Assembly: GCA_050633245.1 (NCBI GenBank)
Contig: JBOEGD010000007.1
Coordinates: 219,624 to 283,623 of the forward strand
Direction of reading: 5' to 3'
DNA: 64,000 nt
Origin: Calditrichia bacterium
GTDB taxonomy: Bacteria; Calditrichota; Calditrichia; RBG-13-44-9; J075
Under the pieces are notes generated by a model. It did no database searches. It saw only the letters and a list, made by a program, of their open reading frames with translations, and was not told the DNA's origin. The stretch's first letter is position 1, and the number at the start of each line of letters is the position of its first letter. The position numbers and the translations under genes are program-made. Shown here piece by piece: positions 48,310-59,081 of the stretch.

Positions 48310-49383
48310 CTACAGAATGAGCATCGAGTCGCCATAGGAATAGAAACGATACTTTTCTTTAACCGCCTGTTTGTAAGAATGCATAACAAACTCATGTCCA
48401 CCAAAGGCTGACGTCAGCATTAGCAGTGTGGACTGCGGCAGATGAAAATTCGTTATTAAGCGATCAACTGCACGAAACTGATGCGGAGGAAAGATAAAGC
48501 GGTCCGTCCAGCCAGTTCCCTGTCTGACAAATCCGGAACGGTCTGCAACCGTCTCAAGAACGCGAACAGATGTCGTTCCAACTGCAATCACGGAATTACC
48601 ATCATCGCGTGCCTCATTAATAGCACGTGCGGTTTCCTTGGTAATCTCATAGAACTCAGAGTGCATCTGGTGGCGAGAGATATCATCTACCTGCACCGGC
48701 TTAAATGTGCCAAGTCCGACGTGCAGCGTTACAGTCACGACATTCACTCCCTTGGCCTTCAACGCATCCATCAGCTCGGTTGTAAAGTGCAGACCGGCAG
48801 TCGGCGCTGCTACAGCTCCACGCCTGGTCGCGTAAACCGTCTGGTAATATTCACGATCACGCGGTTCCGGATCACGCTTGATATAGGGCGGCAGTGGTGT
48901 TTGACCCACTTCTTCCAATATTTCAAAGAAGTCGCCATCACAGTGCACTTCAATAATGCGTCCACCTGAGACCGTATTATCAATGATATCGCAGGAAAAG
49001 CGCTCATCAAATACAATCTTATTTCCAAGGCGCACTTTTCGAGCCGGTTTTACCATCACTTCCCAAATCCCGTTTTCGAGATTGCGAAGCAGAAACACCT
49101 CTACCTTGGCACCCGTTTTATCCTTCATCCCGATAAGACGGGCAGGAAAAACAGACGTGTCATTTACAACCAGACAGTCGCCGGGCTTAAAGTATTCGAG
49201 TATTTCATCGAATTTGCGATGTACGATTTCGTGTGTCCTGCGGTTCAAGACCATCATTCGACACTGATCGCGTTCTTCAAGTGGGTATTGTGAAACTAGC
49301 TTATCAGGAAGATTATATTCGAAATCTGCCAGTTTCAACTTAATGCTATTATCATCTTCAAAAAAGTTCTTGCTGGAATCCAT
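48310..49383 (-). CDS. queA: S-adenosylmethionine:tRNA ribosyltransferase-isomerase
   Basis: [44 protein letters not shown] and YRFYSYGD. Start uncertain. Confidence 0.98.
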   Translation of the reverse strand: MDSSKNFFEDDNSIKLKLADFEYNLPDKLVSQYPLEERDQCRMMVLNRRTHEIVHRKFDEILEYFKPGDCLVVNDTSVFPARLIGMKDKTGAKVEVFLLRNLENGIWEVMVKPARKVRLGNKIVFDERFSCDIIDNTVSGGRIIEVHCDGDFFEILEEVGQTPLPPYIKRDPEPRDREYYQTVYATRRGAVAAPTAGLHFTTELMDALKAKGVNVVTVTLHVGLGTFKPVQVDDISRHQMHSEFYEITKETARAINEARDDGNSVIAVGTTSVRVLETVADRSGFVRQGTGWTDRFIFPPHQFRAVDRLITNFHLPQSTLLMLTSAFGGHEFVMHSYKQAVKEKYRFYSYGDSMLIL

Positions 49384-50398
49384 ATCCCCTCTGCTCATAG
49401 TTAAAATGTTCGTAGGCAAATTTTGTAGCTACTCTGCCACGCGGTGTCCGCTTTATGAATCCTTCCTGGATTAGATAGGGTTCATAGATTTCTTCTATTG
49501 TGTCACCTTCTTCTCCAACAGCGACCGCCAGTGTACTGAGTCCGACCGGCCCGCCATTGTATTTTTCAACTATCGTTGCAATAATGCGCTTATCCATTTC
49601 GTCGAGTCCCATGGCATCGACTTCGAGCATCTTAAGCGCCATATCGGCTACTTCTTTGGTGATAACGCCATCGGCCTTCACCTGAGCGAAATCACGCGTT
49701 CGCCTCAAGAGGCGATTTGCCACTCGCGGTGTTCCGCGCGAGCGTCGTGCTATCTCCATTGCGCCTTCTGCTTCTATCTCAACATTCAACAAATCTGCAG
49801 AACGTCGCACAATATGATATAAATCTTCGGCCTGGTAGTAATCCAACCTTAAAACAACGCCAAAGCGGGCACGCATGGGCGCTGTCAGCAAGCCGGCACG
49901 CGTCGTTGCTCCTACCAGTGTAAACCGCGGCAGGTCAATTTGTATCGTACGGGCATTGGCTCCGCGATCAATCATGATATCGAGTTTAAAATCCTCCATC
50001 GCGGAATACAGATATTCTTCTACGACATGGTTGAGACGATGTATCTCATCAATAAAGAGCACATCATTGTCCTGCAAATTTGTCAACAGTCCGGCCAAAT
50101 CTCCGGCCTTATCCAGAACAGGGCCAGACGTCGTGGTGATGTTGACCTTCAGTTCATTCGAGATAATATACGCCAGCGTCGTTTTGCCCAGCCCCGGAGG
50201 CCCGTATAAAAGCACATGATCTAATGCATCCTCACGCTGCAACGTTGCTTCGATAAACACTTTCAGATTATCGGTTTGCTTTTGCTGGCCGACAAAATCG
50301 TCGAAGGCACTGGGACGCAATGCAGCATCAATCGCCTGCTCATCTCCACGCAGGAAAGGATCAATGGCATCTCTGTCCGGGCTGTGTTCGTCGTTCAT
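49358..50398 (-). CDS. ruvB: Holliday junction branch migration helicase RuvB
   Basis: [31 protein letters not shown] and [12 protein letters not shown]. Confidence 0.99.
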   Translation of the reverse strand: MNDEHSPDRDAIDPFLRGDEQAIDAALRPSAFDDFVGQQKQTDNLKVFIEATLQREDALDHVLLYGPPGLGKTTLAYIISNELKVNITTTSGPVLDKAGDLAGLLTNLQDNDVLFIDEIHRLNHVVEEYLYSAMEDFKLDIMIDRGANARTIQIDLPRFTLVGATTRAGLLTAPMRARFGVVLRLDYYQAEDLYHIVRRSADLLNVEIEAEGAMEIARRSRGTPRVANRLLRRTRDFAQVKADGVITKEVADMALKMLEVDAMGLDEMDKRIIATIVEKYNGGPVGLSTLAVAVGEEGDTIEEIYEPYLIQEGFIKRTPRGRVATKFAYEHFNYEQRGYGFQQELF

Positions 50399-50399
50399 C

Positions 50400-51014
50400 T
50401 CAGGCTACCTTTAGTGCACGTTTAACCAATTCCTGTAGCGTCAATTCTTCGGGCGCAGCCTTTATCACCGCGTCCACTTTACGTCGAGCATCCGCATCTT
50501 TAAACCCGAGTGCCAGAAGCGCCTGTAGCGCCTCATACGCTATTCCGCCGGGTGCCGCAACCGGTTGCCCGCTTGCTGTACCGGTTTTCCCCAGAAGTTC
50601 TGTAGCGCCCTGGGTATAGATTTTTTCCTTCAATTCTAAAATTAAACGCTGCGCTGTCTTTTTACCAACACCGGGGATGCGAGTCAACATCGCTACATTT
50701 TCATTGGCTATCGCATTCCGTAAATCATCACTATTGCCTCCGGAAAGAATTGCCAGAGCCAACTTCGGCCCCACTCCGGAAATAGTAATCAGCAATCGAA
50801 AAATCTCTCTTTCCGCCAAATCGGCAAATCCATAAAGCTGCAATATATCTTCACGCACGTGTAGATGTGTGAACAGCTGCACGGCATCGCCACCACGCTC
50901 AATTATCTGGAAGGAATTCAGCGAAATATGAACGCCGACACCAAGTCCATGACAATCCAGCACGCAGAAGGATGGAGTTTTTTCAATGATTTGTCCGCTA
51001 ATGCGTTCAATCAT
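50400..51014 (-). CDS. ruvA: Holliday junction DNA-binding protein RuvA
   Basis: [20 protein letters not shown] and [16 protein letters not shown]. Start placed at ATG 51014. Confidence 0.98.
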   Translation of the reverse strand: MIERISGQIIEKTPSFCVLDCHGLGVGVHISLNSFQIIERGGDAVQLFTHLHVREDILQLYGFADLAEREIFRLLITISGVGPKLALAILSGGNSDDLRNAIANENVAMLTRIPGVGKKTAQRLILELKEKIYTQGATELLGKTGTASGQPVAAPGGIAYEALQALLALGFKDADARRKVDAVIKAAPEELTLQELVKRALKVA

Positions 51015-51517
51015 CCCTGTCGTCTCGCAGTTTTCATTAGCAAAAATCGAATGCGGTGAAAATGACAAATTGCAGCGGCAAGTGCATCGGCAGCATCCTG
51101 GGGCTTAGGAGGCTTCTCTGTATTTAGTATTCTGGTGACCATAGCCTGAACCTGTTGTTTCGAGGCGGCACCCGATCCCACGGTAGACATTTTTACTTCG
51201 CGGGCAGAATACTCATAAACTTCTACACCTGATTGCTGAGCGGCTAACATCGCTATTCCACGAGCATGTCCCATTACAATTGCGGTGCGGACATTCTCGT
51301 GGTAAAATACTTCTTCAACAGCACAGTGTTTCGGCTGATATTTTTCTACAACTTCACAAAGACCGTCATAAATAACCCCGAGTCGTTCCGCCAGTGGTGC
51401 ATCCTTGGCGCGATTTCGAATTCCGCCAAAACCGAGACAGCGAGGTTTGTTTTTTATAATCTCTATAACACCAAAACCGGTAATACTTATCCCCGGATCG
51501 ATTCCCAAGATAATCAC
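51011..51517 (-). CDS. ruvC: Crossover junction endodeoxyribonuclease RuvC
   Basis: ILGIDPG, AVEEVF, GHARG, GSGAASKQQV and DAADALA. Confidence 0.98.
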   Translation of the reverse strand: MIILGIDPGISITGFGVIEIIKNKPRCLGFGGIRNRAKDAPLAERLGVIYDGLCEVVEKYQPKHCAVEEVFYHENVRTAIVMGHARGIAMLAAQQSGVEVYEYSAREVKMSTVGSGAASKQQVQAMVTRILNTEKPPKPQDAADALAAAICHFHRIRFLLMKTARRQG

Positions 51518-51562
51518 ATAAGTCTCATTTCTATAAGACGTTGTCTGGAAATGCCCGGGAGG

Positions 51563-52312
51563 TTAACCGCCCAGGCTTTCCATGACGGCATCATCTATTT
51601 CGAAGTTCGCGTACACATCCTGAACATCGTCATTGTCTTCCAGAGCATCCAGCAGCTTTAAGGTCTGCTCAGCTTTTTTTCCTTCCAGAGGAACGGTATT
51701 TTGCGGAATAAATGTCGGCTTTACAGACTCCATTTCAATTCCGGCTTTTTCCAGATTACCTCGAACGACATCCAGCTGTTCGAAAGGGGTATAAACTTCG
51801 AACATACCTTCTTCAGAGACAATATCATCTGCACCGGCATCAATTGCCGTCATCATCAATTCTTCTTCATCGTGCTCGCCCGCTGGAATAAGAATCAATC
51901 CCTTGCGTTCAAACATAAAGCTTACGCAGCCGCTTTCGCCAAGATTACCACCATGCTTGCTTAGCAGATAGCGCACTTCACCAACGGTTCGATTCTTATT
52001 ATCCGTGGTGCAAATAATATAAACTGCCACGCCACCGGGTCCATAACCTTCATAGGTAATCTCTTCATACACAACGCCGGGAATCTCACCGGTTCCCTTT
52101 TTAATGGCGTTATCAATGTTCTTATTCGGCATATTCGCACCACGTGCAGCCTGGATTGCTGAACGCAGCCTTGGATTCGCCTCAACATCGCCACCACCAA
52201 TTCGAGCAGCAATCGTAATCTCTTTAATTAGCTTGGTAAAAACTTTGCCTCTTTTGGCGTCCTGCCGTTCCTTGCGAAACTTAATGTTCGCCCACTTGGA
52301 ATGTCCTGCCAT
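51563..52312 (-). CDS. yebC: YebC/PmpR family protein
   Basis: [28 protein letters not shown] and [12 protein letters not shown]. Confidence 0.98.
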   Translation of the reverse strand: MAGHSKWANIKFRKERQDAKRGKVFTKLIKEITIAARIGGGDVEANPRLRSAIQAARGANMPNKNIDNAIKKGTGEIPGVVYEEITYEGYGPGGVAVYIICTTDNKNRTVGEVRYLLSKHGGNLGESGCVSFMFERKGLILIPAGEHDEEELMMTAIDAGADDIVSEEGMFEVYTPFEQLDVVRGNLEKAGIEMESVKPTFIPQNTVPLEGKKAEQTLKLLDALEDNDDVQDVYANFEIDDAVMESLGG

Positions 52313-52349
52313 TTATCCTCCAATTTCGATCTGCCGGTTGAGATCCTTG

Positions 52350-52871
52350 CTAGTTACGCCCGGCCCGGGCTGCACTTACCTTTGCTTTTACAATCCACGA
52401 TGTTGGATAACCGCGCTTGCGTGCCATTTCACGTAGGTTTTCCGCCACATCTCTGGAAGCGCAATCACCGATGCGAACTTTATACATTGGTGAATCGAAT
52501 TCAATATAAACGCCGATTCCGTCGCCGTTAAATACAAATTCCGCTTCTTTCTTTTCCTGAGTCGCTTTGTCGATCTCTTTCGATGCAAACAGCTGAACAC
52601 GGTAGCCATCAATTCTTCTTGGTTTGGATTCTGTTTTTACTTCCGTTGCAGTCGTCGTGCTGGAATTGACTGAGCTGTCTTTATCCGGAAAGCTCAGATC
52701 TTCATCATTCAACGTTACCGGGTCAAAAGATTCATCTGCTCCCACATGAGGTCGATCGTTCGGTACTGTTATAGTAGTAGCGGGCTTGGTAGAACCACAC
52801 CCGACCAGTAATATTACCGCAACGAACATAAGCGTATATTTTATATAGGTAAAAAGCTTGCTCATCTTCAT
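52350..52871 (-). CDS. SPOR-domain lipoprotein
   Basis: Lipobox LLVGC and C-terminal GYRVQLFA..YKVRIG..GYPTSWIV. Confidence 0.88.
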   Translation of the reverse strand: MKMSKLFTYIKYTLMFVAVILLVGCGSTKPATTITVPNDRPHVGADESFDPVTLNDEDLSFPDKDSSVNSSTTTATEVKTESKPRRIDGYRVQLFASKEIDKATQEKKEAEFVFNGDGIGVYIEFDSPMYKVRIGDCASRDVAENLREMARKRGYPTSWIVKAKVSAARAGRN

Positions 52872-53272
52872 AGTTTCCTTTCATTGCCACCTTAAAAAAG
52901 TTGTCAAAAAATAACCTAAAATCGACGCCGATTCAAGCAAATTATTTTAGCGTCATTACCCTGTTTTTTTTTGTTTTCGATCCAGCCGAAATTTTAGTAA
53001 ATTTGCTCACTTCCAATCGAAAAATTATCAGGTTTTTAGAGATTTCTCACGCTCCTTGTGCATCTAATTATAATAGGTGGCTAATTTTTTACAGAGCAAT
53101 ACCAATTTTGAACCGCCCCGGGACGATAAATACTGCAAAGGTTATGCAATTCCGTTACCTTAACTAAATATACCGAATATACGGCTTTGATAATCATCAC
53201 AATAAATTTCACAAATTGTCGTTTTTTTATGCTGCATCTACTGAACTATCAATCATGACAGGAGCGCTGTTG

Positions 53273-53953
53273 ATGAAACAACGTAAACTAAAAACTGCAT
53301 TACTAATTACCGGATTAGCCGCGATGGCGGTTATTAATGGCTGCCTGCCATCCCCTGACTATGAACCACCGGTTGTAACAATACTAAATCCTGCTCCGGA
53401 AGAAGTTGTTGCCGCGAATGATAGGATTCCGATCCTCGCTGTTGCTTCAGACGACTTCGAGCTGAAAGAAATCGTTATTCTCATTGAGGGAGTACAAGTT
53501 TTATCTACATCTGATAACCCTGCAAAACACGATTGGACTGTGGTCGCCGGAGCCGTTGGCACAGACAATCAATATCATATTGCAGCTTATGCCGTAGATG
53601 CCGAAGACCATATCGGACCTTCTGCTGTTATCGCATGTAATTTACAGGCTGCTCCCGGTGCTCCGGCCGTTGAACCGCCAACCGCCGAGATTATCGCACC
53701 AGACAATGGCGCAGTGCTGAAACGTAGCGGCGAAAGTTATCGTATCGCAGTAGACGCTTTTGACAATACCGCTGTCGAACGCGTTGAGTTTTATGCTAAC
53801 GGTCAGTTAATTGGAGAAAGCACGGAAGCTCCTTATGAGCTGAACTGGAACGTAAAGAACTCTGGAATTTCCGGCCGCGCAAATATCTTTGTGAAGGCGT
53901 TTGACAATGAAGGCTTTAGCGGATCTCATGTTACAGCAGTAACGATTCGTTAA
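53273..53953 (+). CDS. Lipoprotein with two bacterial Ig-like domains
   Basis: AGGAG RBS, lipobox INGC, repeated PPVVTILNP/PPTAEIIAP, and DNTAVERVEFYANG..APYELNW. Confidence 0.8.
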   Translation: MKQRKLKTALLITGLAAMAVINGCLPSPDYEPPVVTILNPAPEEVVAANDRIPILAVASDDFELKEIVILIEGVQVLSTSDNPAKHDWTVVAGAVGTDNQYHIAAYAVDAEDHIGPSAVIACNLQAAPGAPAVEPPTAEIIAPDNGAVLKRSGESYRIAVDAFDNTAVERVEFYANGQLIGESTEAPYELNWNVKNSGISGRANIFVKAFDNEGFSGSHVTAVTIR

Positions 53954-53983
53954 GATCCTATTCTTCATTTCAATTCTTTTTAT

Positions 53984-54023
53984 ATTAAAAAAGCCTGCGA
54001 CACATGTCGCAGGCTTTTTTAAT
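53984..54023. terminator. Bidirectional intrinsic terminator
   Basis: ATTAAAAAAGCCTGCGACA-CA-TGTCGCAGGCTTTTTTAAT between convergent genes. Confidence 0.92.
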
Positions 54024-54795
54024 TCGCAATAATTCCAAGGCTCCTCGCCCTCATCCATCCGGACTTCCCATCGGGCAGTTCAATGCGAACCCAATCTCCA
54101 CGCTGTTCGGTTCGCCAGACCTTTACACCTTCATGCAAAAGAAACACCTCACTCCCCTGCTCACCAGGTGCACTCAGAATGTTTACCTTTGGCGTAAGCA
54201 CAATAGCATCTCGCTGATTATTCAGACGATTTGCCGTACTAATCAGCAGGATCGTTGAAAAGAATGTCATCACTGCCAGAGCAGCTAATGCGTATGCCGT
54301 TAAGCGCTCCGGAAGTTTTTCACGATAAAGCAGCCAACCAACAAGTGCAATAATGGTAAGTATATAAAGTATAGCCGTTAGCCAGGTCAACTGCGCCAAA
54401 CTAAAGGCCTTGGCCAAGCTATCCCACCAGCGATAAAAGAAAAGACGCGGCGGCTGCTGAATTCGGTCAATCACTCTGCTATTTGCCAGGTCGAGGTTAA
54501 ACTGAATTTCAGCATCACTCGGATCCAAGCGTAGCGCTTTCTCATAATAAAGCACTGCCGAACCAATTTCATCGAGCTTAAAGTAACAATTTCCAATATT
54601 ATAAAGCACTGCGCTGCCAGAATAACCGGTATCAAGAATTTTGGTATACCACTCCAGCGCTTTTTCATAATCGTTTGACCGGTAGGCGTTGTTGCCCTGC
54701 TCATAGAAGTAGTCACTACCGCTTTGTGCAAACAATCCGGCGCAAAAGATCTGTAGCAAAAGAAGAACTGCAGCTATAGTTTTTTTTATCGTCAT
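54019..54795 (-). CDS. batE: BatE-like TPR + SH3 protein
   Basis: GNNAY..YNIGNCYFK..AVLYYEKALRLDP, TM pair, and FLLHEGVKV..WVRIELPDGKSGW. Confidence 0.88.
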   Translation of the reverse strand: MTIKKTIAAVLLLLQIFCAGLFAQSGSDYFYEQGNNAYRSNDYEKALEWYTKILDTGYSGSAVLYNIGNCYFKLDEIGSAVLYYEKALRLDPSDAEIQFNLDLANSRVIDRIQQPPRLFFYRWWDSLAKAFSLAQLTWLTAILYILTIIALVGWLLYREKLPERLTAYALAALAVMTFFSTILLISTANRLNNQRDAIVLTPKVNILSAPGEQGSEVFLLHEGVKVWRTEQRGDWVRIELPDGKSGWMRARSLGIIAN

Positions 54796-54796
54796 A

Positions 54797-56632
54797 TTAA
54801 AAATGCTTACCCAATTTTTCCAATAGTTCTTCTGCGCGAGAATAAAAAGCTTCTGCGCCATCTGCGCCGTCTTTGCCCGGGGCAAATCGCTTAAAATCTG
54901 CCTCATCGAGATAGGTTAGACAATCGCGAACCAACTCATCTTCTACCTTCTGTTCTCGCAACTGTCGATCGACATCATCGCGCAACAAACCCGTGGCAGA
55001 AACATTACACTTGTCGGCAACATAGCCGATAACGCCTCGCGAAGCTTCGGCGTAAAACTCCTCAAACTTCTTTTCTTCCAATAGTTGCCGGGCACCTTTT
55101 AAACGCTGACTCGCCTGCTTTAGCGCCATCTTGCGGCGTGCATACCCCACATTGGAACTCATCTTATCCTGGTGACGGCGATAGCCAAACGCACCGACAA
55201 GGCCAACAAGCGGAAGAACCAGTGCCAGCAGAAACCAAGCAGATGTATACGGTCGATGAGACTGTGGAGTCAGCGAAAGGGAACCTTCCTTAATAAAATG
55301 GATGTCTTTTCCTAATAGCCGAACTTCGGATTTCGGTACGTAGGCTGCAACACTTCCGTCAGCATTTTTTCCACGTAAAACCGAGATATCGTAAGCCGGT
55401 GTCTGTAATGACTTATAGCGTTTCTGAATTGGATCGAAGTAGCTGATGTCGAAAGATTTTATTTGATAATCTCCCGCACTTCGCGGAATAAGCACATATT
55501 CAAGTTCGCGGGCGGCGAAAAGAGTACGACCGCTGCGATTGACGACTTCTTTTACCTTGGGATCATATTCTTCAAACCCGGCCGGAAAGTCGATTGGTAA
55601 ATCAGCAGCAGACTTCAGATTTCCAGAGCCTGAAATCTTCAATTTAAGTGAAATGGCTTCATTTGCCTCAACTTCGGTCTTGTCTAATTCAGAGGTAATG
55701 CTAAACGATCCTACCAACCCGGTAAAGCTCTCCGGCTTGTTGGCTGAGGGAAGCGATTTCACATTGATTTTCACTGAGCGCGTTGTCAGCACCTTTCGAA
55801 CGGCTTTTCCAAAGGGATCGTCGAAAAAATTATCGAAAAGATCGAATGGGTCTCTGCGTTTACGTCGATTAATTACATTTACCTGCAGCTGCATGGGAGA
55901 GATCGCAAGTTCACCGGCCTTAGTTGGAAAGATCGCCATTCTCTTTAGCTCTGCAACATTATACTGAACGCCATCAATGGTTTCCTGGCTTACCGGCACT
56001 TCCTTGGGAGAATCGAATTCCTCAACCCAAAAACCTACCGTCTCAGGCAATTTAAGAAATTCAGGGCTACGAACCGGGGAGCGGAAGTAGAGTTTATAGC
56101 TCAACGTCACCTGCTCATTTACATAGGCAGTTCGCTTCGAAGGAATGGCGCGCAAAAACACGCTGTTTGCAGGTTGAGATGTTCTCCCGCTGGTATTCGG
56201 CGTAGCGCCAGCCTGAGGCGGCGCGCCAACAGACTCTTTTACGGTTACGGTCAGAGGCTTACTGCTAAATTTTTTACCCTGATAAACAGCTGACACTGCC
56301 GGTATAGTGAACGTCCCGAGATTTTTCGGCATCAGCGTAAAGGAATAGCTCTTACTGGCGCTCATTGCACCATTTAAGATGCGATAATTTGTAGACGTTG
56401 ACGGTCCGGCGAGAATGCGGAAATCTTCCCAAACCGGCAGTTGTGGAGACGGTAAGTTCTGAGTGTTTCCACTAACCTCCACGCGTAAGTTGAACTGATC
56501 GTTTAATCCAATGGGATTGCGATCGACGGTCAGCTTAACGTTTATAGTTTGCCCTGCCAGAAGTATCGGCATGAACAAAACGCCACACATTAACACTGTT
56601 GATATAAACTTCAAGTTCACTATGTTTTTCAT
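54797..56632 (-). CDS. batD: BatD family protein
   Basis: Repeated Ig-like BatD domains (GPSTS, AYVNEQV, GFWVEE, VGSF, ISGSGN, YFDP) and a C-terminal TM. Confidence 0.9.
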   Translation of the reverse strand: MKNIVNLKFISTVLMCGVLFMPILLAGQTINVKLTVDRNPIGLNDQFNLRVEVSGNTQNLPSPQLPVWEDFRILAGPSTSTNYRILNGAMSASKSYSFTLMPKNLGTFTIPAVSAVYQGKKFSSKPLTVTVKESVGAPPQAGATPNTSGRTSQPANSVFLRAIPSKRTAYVNEQVTLSYKLYFRSPVRSPEFLKLPETVGFWVEEFDSPKEVPVSQETIDGVQYNVAELKRMAIFPTKAGELAISPMQLQVNVINRRKRRDPFDLFDNFFDDPFGKAVRKVLTTRSVKINVKSLPSANKPESFTGLVGSFSITSELDKTEVEANEAISLKLKISGSGNLKSAADLPIDFPAGFEEYDPKVKEVVNRSGRTLFAARELEYVLIPRSAGDYQIKSFDISYFDPIQKRYKSLQTPAYDISVLRGKNADGSVAAYVPKSEVRLLGKDIHFIKEGSLSLTPQSHRPYTSAWFLLALVLPLVGLVGAFGYRRHQDKMSSNVGYARRKMALKQASQRLKGARQLLEEKKFEEFYAEASRGVIGYVADKCNVSATGLLRDDVDRQLREQKVEDELVRDCLTYLDEADFKRFAPGKDGADGAEAFYSRAEELLEKLGKHF

Positions 56633-56636
56633 TCTA

Positions 56637-57191
56637 TTACCAGTCTTTTGCAACTTTTCCCTTAGCACGACCTTTTGGCTTGCGAAGGTTTTTGTTCTCT
56701 TTCTCTTTGCTGCGAAGCGCTTGCAAGATGCGTTCAGCTTCTTCTTTTGAGATTTCCTTCTTCTCTTCTTCCGCAGGTTGAGGCTTAGGCTGCTGCTCTT
56801 TATCCTGCTTTTCTTTATCCTGCTGCTCCTGATCTTGTTGCTCTTGCTCTTTTTGTTCCTGTTCTTTTTGCTCTTGTTCCTGCTGTTCCTGATCCTGCTG
56901 TTCCTGATCTTGCTGTTCCTGTTTTTCTTGTTTTTCTTGTTCCTGCTGCTCCTGATTTTGTTGTTGCTGCTGTTTTTCCTGCTCTTCTTTCAGCTTCTCA
57001 TAAAGAGTTCGCAGTTCAGGATGTTCCGGTTCGAGAGCTAATCCAAGCTCAACCGAAGTTAGAGCATCAGCAATATTGCCACCAATATAAGCCTGTGCCC
57101 CGGTATGATAAAGCGTATTCGCATCTTCTGCTATAAGCGATAGAGGAAAGGCAAGGAGCAATACAAAGAAAAAAGTTATCAATTTTTTCAT
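56637..57191 (-). CDS. BatC C-terminal-like protein with a Gln/Glu-rich low-complexity linker
   Basis: Signal peptide, one TPR-like unit, EQQDQ repeats and ISKEEAERILQAL..KDW end. Confidence 0.75.
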   Translation of the reverse strand: MKKLITFFFVLLLAFPLSLIAEDANTLYHTGAQAYIGGNIADALTSVELGLALEPEHPELRTLYEKLKEEQEKQQQQQNQEQQEQEKQEKQEQQDQEQQDQEQQEQEQKEQEQKEQEQQDQEQQDKEKQDKEQQPKPQPAEEEKKEISKEEAERILQALRSKEKENKNLRKPKGRAKGKVAKDW

Positions 57192-57868
57192 AGTGGATTC
57201 CCTATATCTACAACCGTTTTTATGCGATCGATAAACTGTTGATATGCCGAAACGGTCTGATCTTTTTCGAGTCCTTTAGACATTAAGTCATGAGCCTGTG
57301 GATACATGCGCATGGTAACAAGATTTTCTGCCTGTGCTTTGAGTTGCTTTGCATACTCAGAAGGCTTTACCTTCTCTTCATCCTTATTCTTATCCTGCTG
57401 CTGTTCTTTATCAGACTTTTCTTTCAGCTTGGCGCGGATTAATTCCAGATTATACTTTGCATCGACATCATCGGGGTTAAGTTCCAGGGCTTTTTTATAG
57501 GCATCAATGGATTCCTTGTACTTTTCCATTTTTGCCTGAACGTTCCCAATATTGTAATACGTATGCTGCTGTAATTCAATATCATCCGTAACCAGTGCCT
57601 TTTTAAGGGACTCAAGTGATTGCTCATAATTATCCTGCTTAAAAAATGTTGCGCCTAAATTATAGTGAATTTGCGGATTCTCAGGATCCGTCTTCAGCGC
57701 TTCCTGAAAGTTTGCCTGGGCTTGTGCCCAGTTTTGGCTTTTGTAGGCAGCGAGACCACGTTCAACCGCTTCTCTGTCTGCCAAAGCGCTACTCAGCATT
57801 CCACTTATCAATAGAAGGCCTAAAACAAGCTGCGGCATTCTGCACAGGCTCAATAGTCTTTTAGTCAT
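57188..57868 (-). CDS. batC: BatC-like TPR protein
   Basis: HYNLGATFFK, YYNIGN..YKKALELNPDDVDAKYNLEL. Confidence 0.75.
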   Translation of the reverse strand: MTKRLLSLCRMPQLVLGLLLISGMLSSALADREAVERGLAAYKSQNWAQAQANFQEALKTDPENPQIHYNLGATFFKQDNYEQSLESLKKALVTDDIELQQHTYYNIGNVQAKMEKYKESIDAYKKALELNPDDVDAKYNLELIRAKLKEKSDKEQQQDKNKDEEKVKPSEYAKQLKAQAENLVTMRMYPQAHDLMSKGLEKDQTVSAYQQFIDRIKTVVDIGNPL

Positions 57869-58887
57869 GATTTTACGCTCCGCTTTTGACGTCTGCGCTC
57901 GGTAAAAACAGCTTCAATCAGCAGTATGAGAAGCGCAATAGCCAGAACAATCTGAAATCGATCCTCGAACTGTGTGAACTCCCTGGAAGACAGTTCCTTT
58001 TTTTCCATACCTGCAATTTCATTAAAGATTCGAGCAAGCTCGGTGTTTCCAGTGCTCGCAACAAAAAATTGTCCACCGGTAGCAAAAGCAATTTTTTCCA
58101 GCGTTTCCACATCAAGCCGAGTTGTTACAATTTGTCCGGTATTATCCTTCAGATAGCCAATTCGTCTGCCACGGCGGTCATATTCTGGAATCGGTGCACC
58201 CTGGGGAGAGCCAATTCCGATAGTATAGATTACCATTCCAGCCTGAGCCGCCTCTTCTGCAATGGCAACCGGATCACCTTCGTGGTCTTCACCATCGGTT
58301 ATTAAAACGAGCACCTTGTGCTTCAGTTCCTTTTTCACAAAAGCTTCTGAGGCCGTGTTGATCGCTTCGGAAACCGCTGTTCCAGGCTGGGGAATGTCCC
58401 CTACTTCCACATCACTCAAAAAGAGCTTTGCAGCGCTATAATCAAGCGTTAATGGGCATTGTACAAACGCCAACCCGGAGAACGTAATCAATCCCACACG
58501 ATCCCCGGCGAGTTTATCAATAAATCGGGATATTTCATGTTTGGCCTTTTCAAAACGATTCGGGGCAATGTCCTCTGCGAGCATGCTTTTGGATATATCC
58601 AGCGCAATGAACACATCAATGCCTTCGCGCTTCACCTCTTCAAACCGCGTCCCAACCTGGGGATTAATCAGAGCTAAGATTAATAGGCCAATTGCCAGAA
58701 ACAGCAAGATTTGTTTCCAGATTTGACGCGTTTGGCTTACGCCGTTCATCAATCGCTCAACGAGTTCAGCGTCACCAAGTCTGGCAATCAGACTCTTTTT
58801 ATAGCGCCACGCCCAAACCAGAAAGACGCCGAGCAGTGGCAGCAGCCAGTAGAGGTGAAGGAAAAATGGATTTGCTATTCGTAACAT
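57865..58887 (-). CDS. batB: BatB vWA-domain protein
   Basis: BatA-type N-terminus, MIDAS DISKSM, PNRFEKAK, CPLTLDY and ITDGEDHEG. Confidence 0.9.
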   Translation of the reverse strand: MLRIANPFFLHLYWLLPLLGVFLVWAWRYKKSLIARLGDAELVERLMNGVSQTRQIWKQILLFLAIGLLILALINPQVGTRFEEVKREGIDVFIALDISKSMLAEDIAPNRFEKAKHEISRFIDKLAGDRVGLITFSGLAFVQCPLTLDYSAAKLFLSDVEVGDIPQPGTAVSEAINTASEAFVKKELKHKVLVLITDGEDHEGDPVAIAEEAAQAGMVIYTIGIGSPQGAPIPEYDRRGRRIGYLKDNTGQIVTTRLDVETLEKIAFATGGQFFVASTGNTELARIFNEIAGMEKKELSSREFTQFEDRFQIVLAIALLILLIEAVFTERRRQKRSVKS

Positions 58888-58941
58888 TGAACTATCAATT
58901 TATGATTTATTAGCGGTTCATTTACTATTTAGCTACAGACC

Positions 58942-58983
58942 GTGATCGGTGATCGGTGATCGGTGATCGGTGATCGGTGATCG
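58942..58983. repeat. Heptamer tandem repeat (GTGATCG)x6
   Basis: Six perfect copies in the batA-batB spacer. Confidence 0.95.
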
Positions 58984-59026
58984 GAATTTATTGTTTGGCA
59001 AGAGCATGCACCAGTTTAAGATTTTT

Positions 59027-59068
59027 CATTGCCCATTGCCCATTGCCCATTGCCCATTGCCCATTGCC
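59027..59068. repeat. Heptamer tandem repeat (CATTGCC)x6
   Basis: Six perfect copies in the batA-batB spacer. Confidence 0.95.
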
Positions 59069-59081
59069 CGTTACACGTTGT

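Noticed and set aside
48310-52312. yebC-ruvC-ruvA-ruvB-queA cluster as a novelty
   Set aside because: This is a widely conserved housekeeping arrangement.
56778-57041. Leu/Phe-rich 87-aa 'membrane protein' on the plus strand
   Set aside because: It is the reverse complement of the Gln/Glu/Lys-rich linker of the BatC-like gene.
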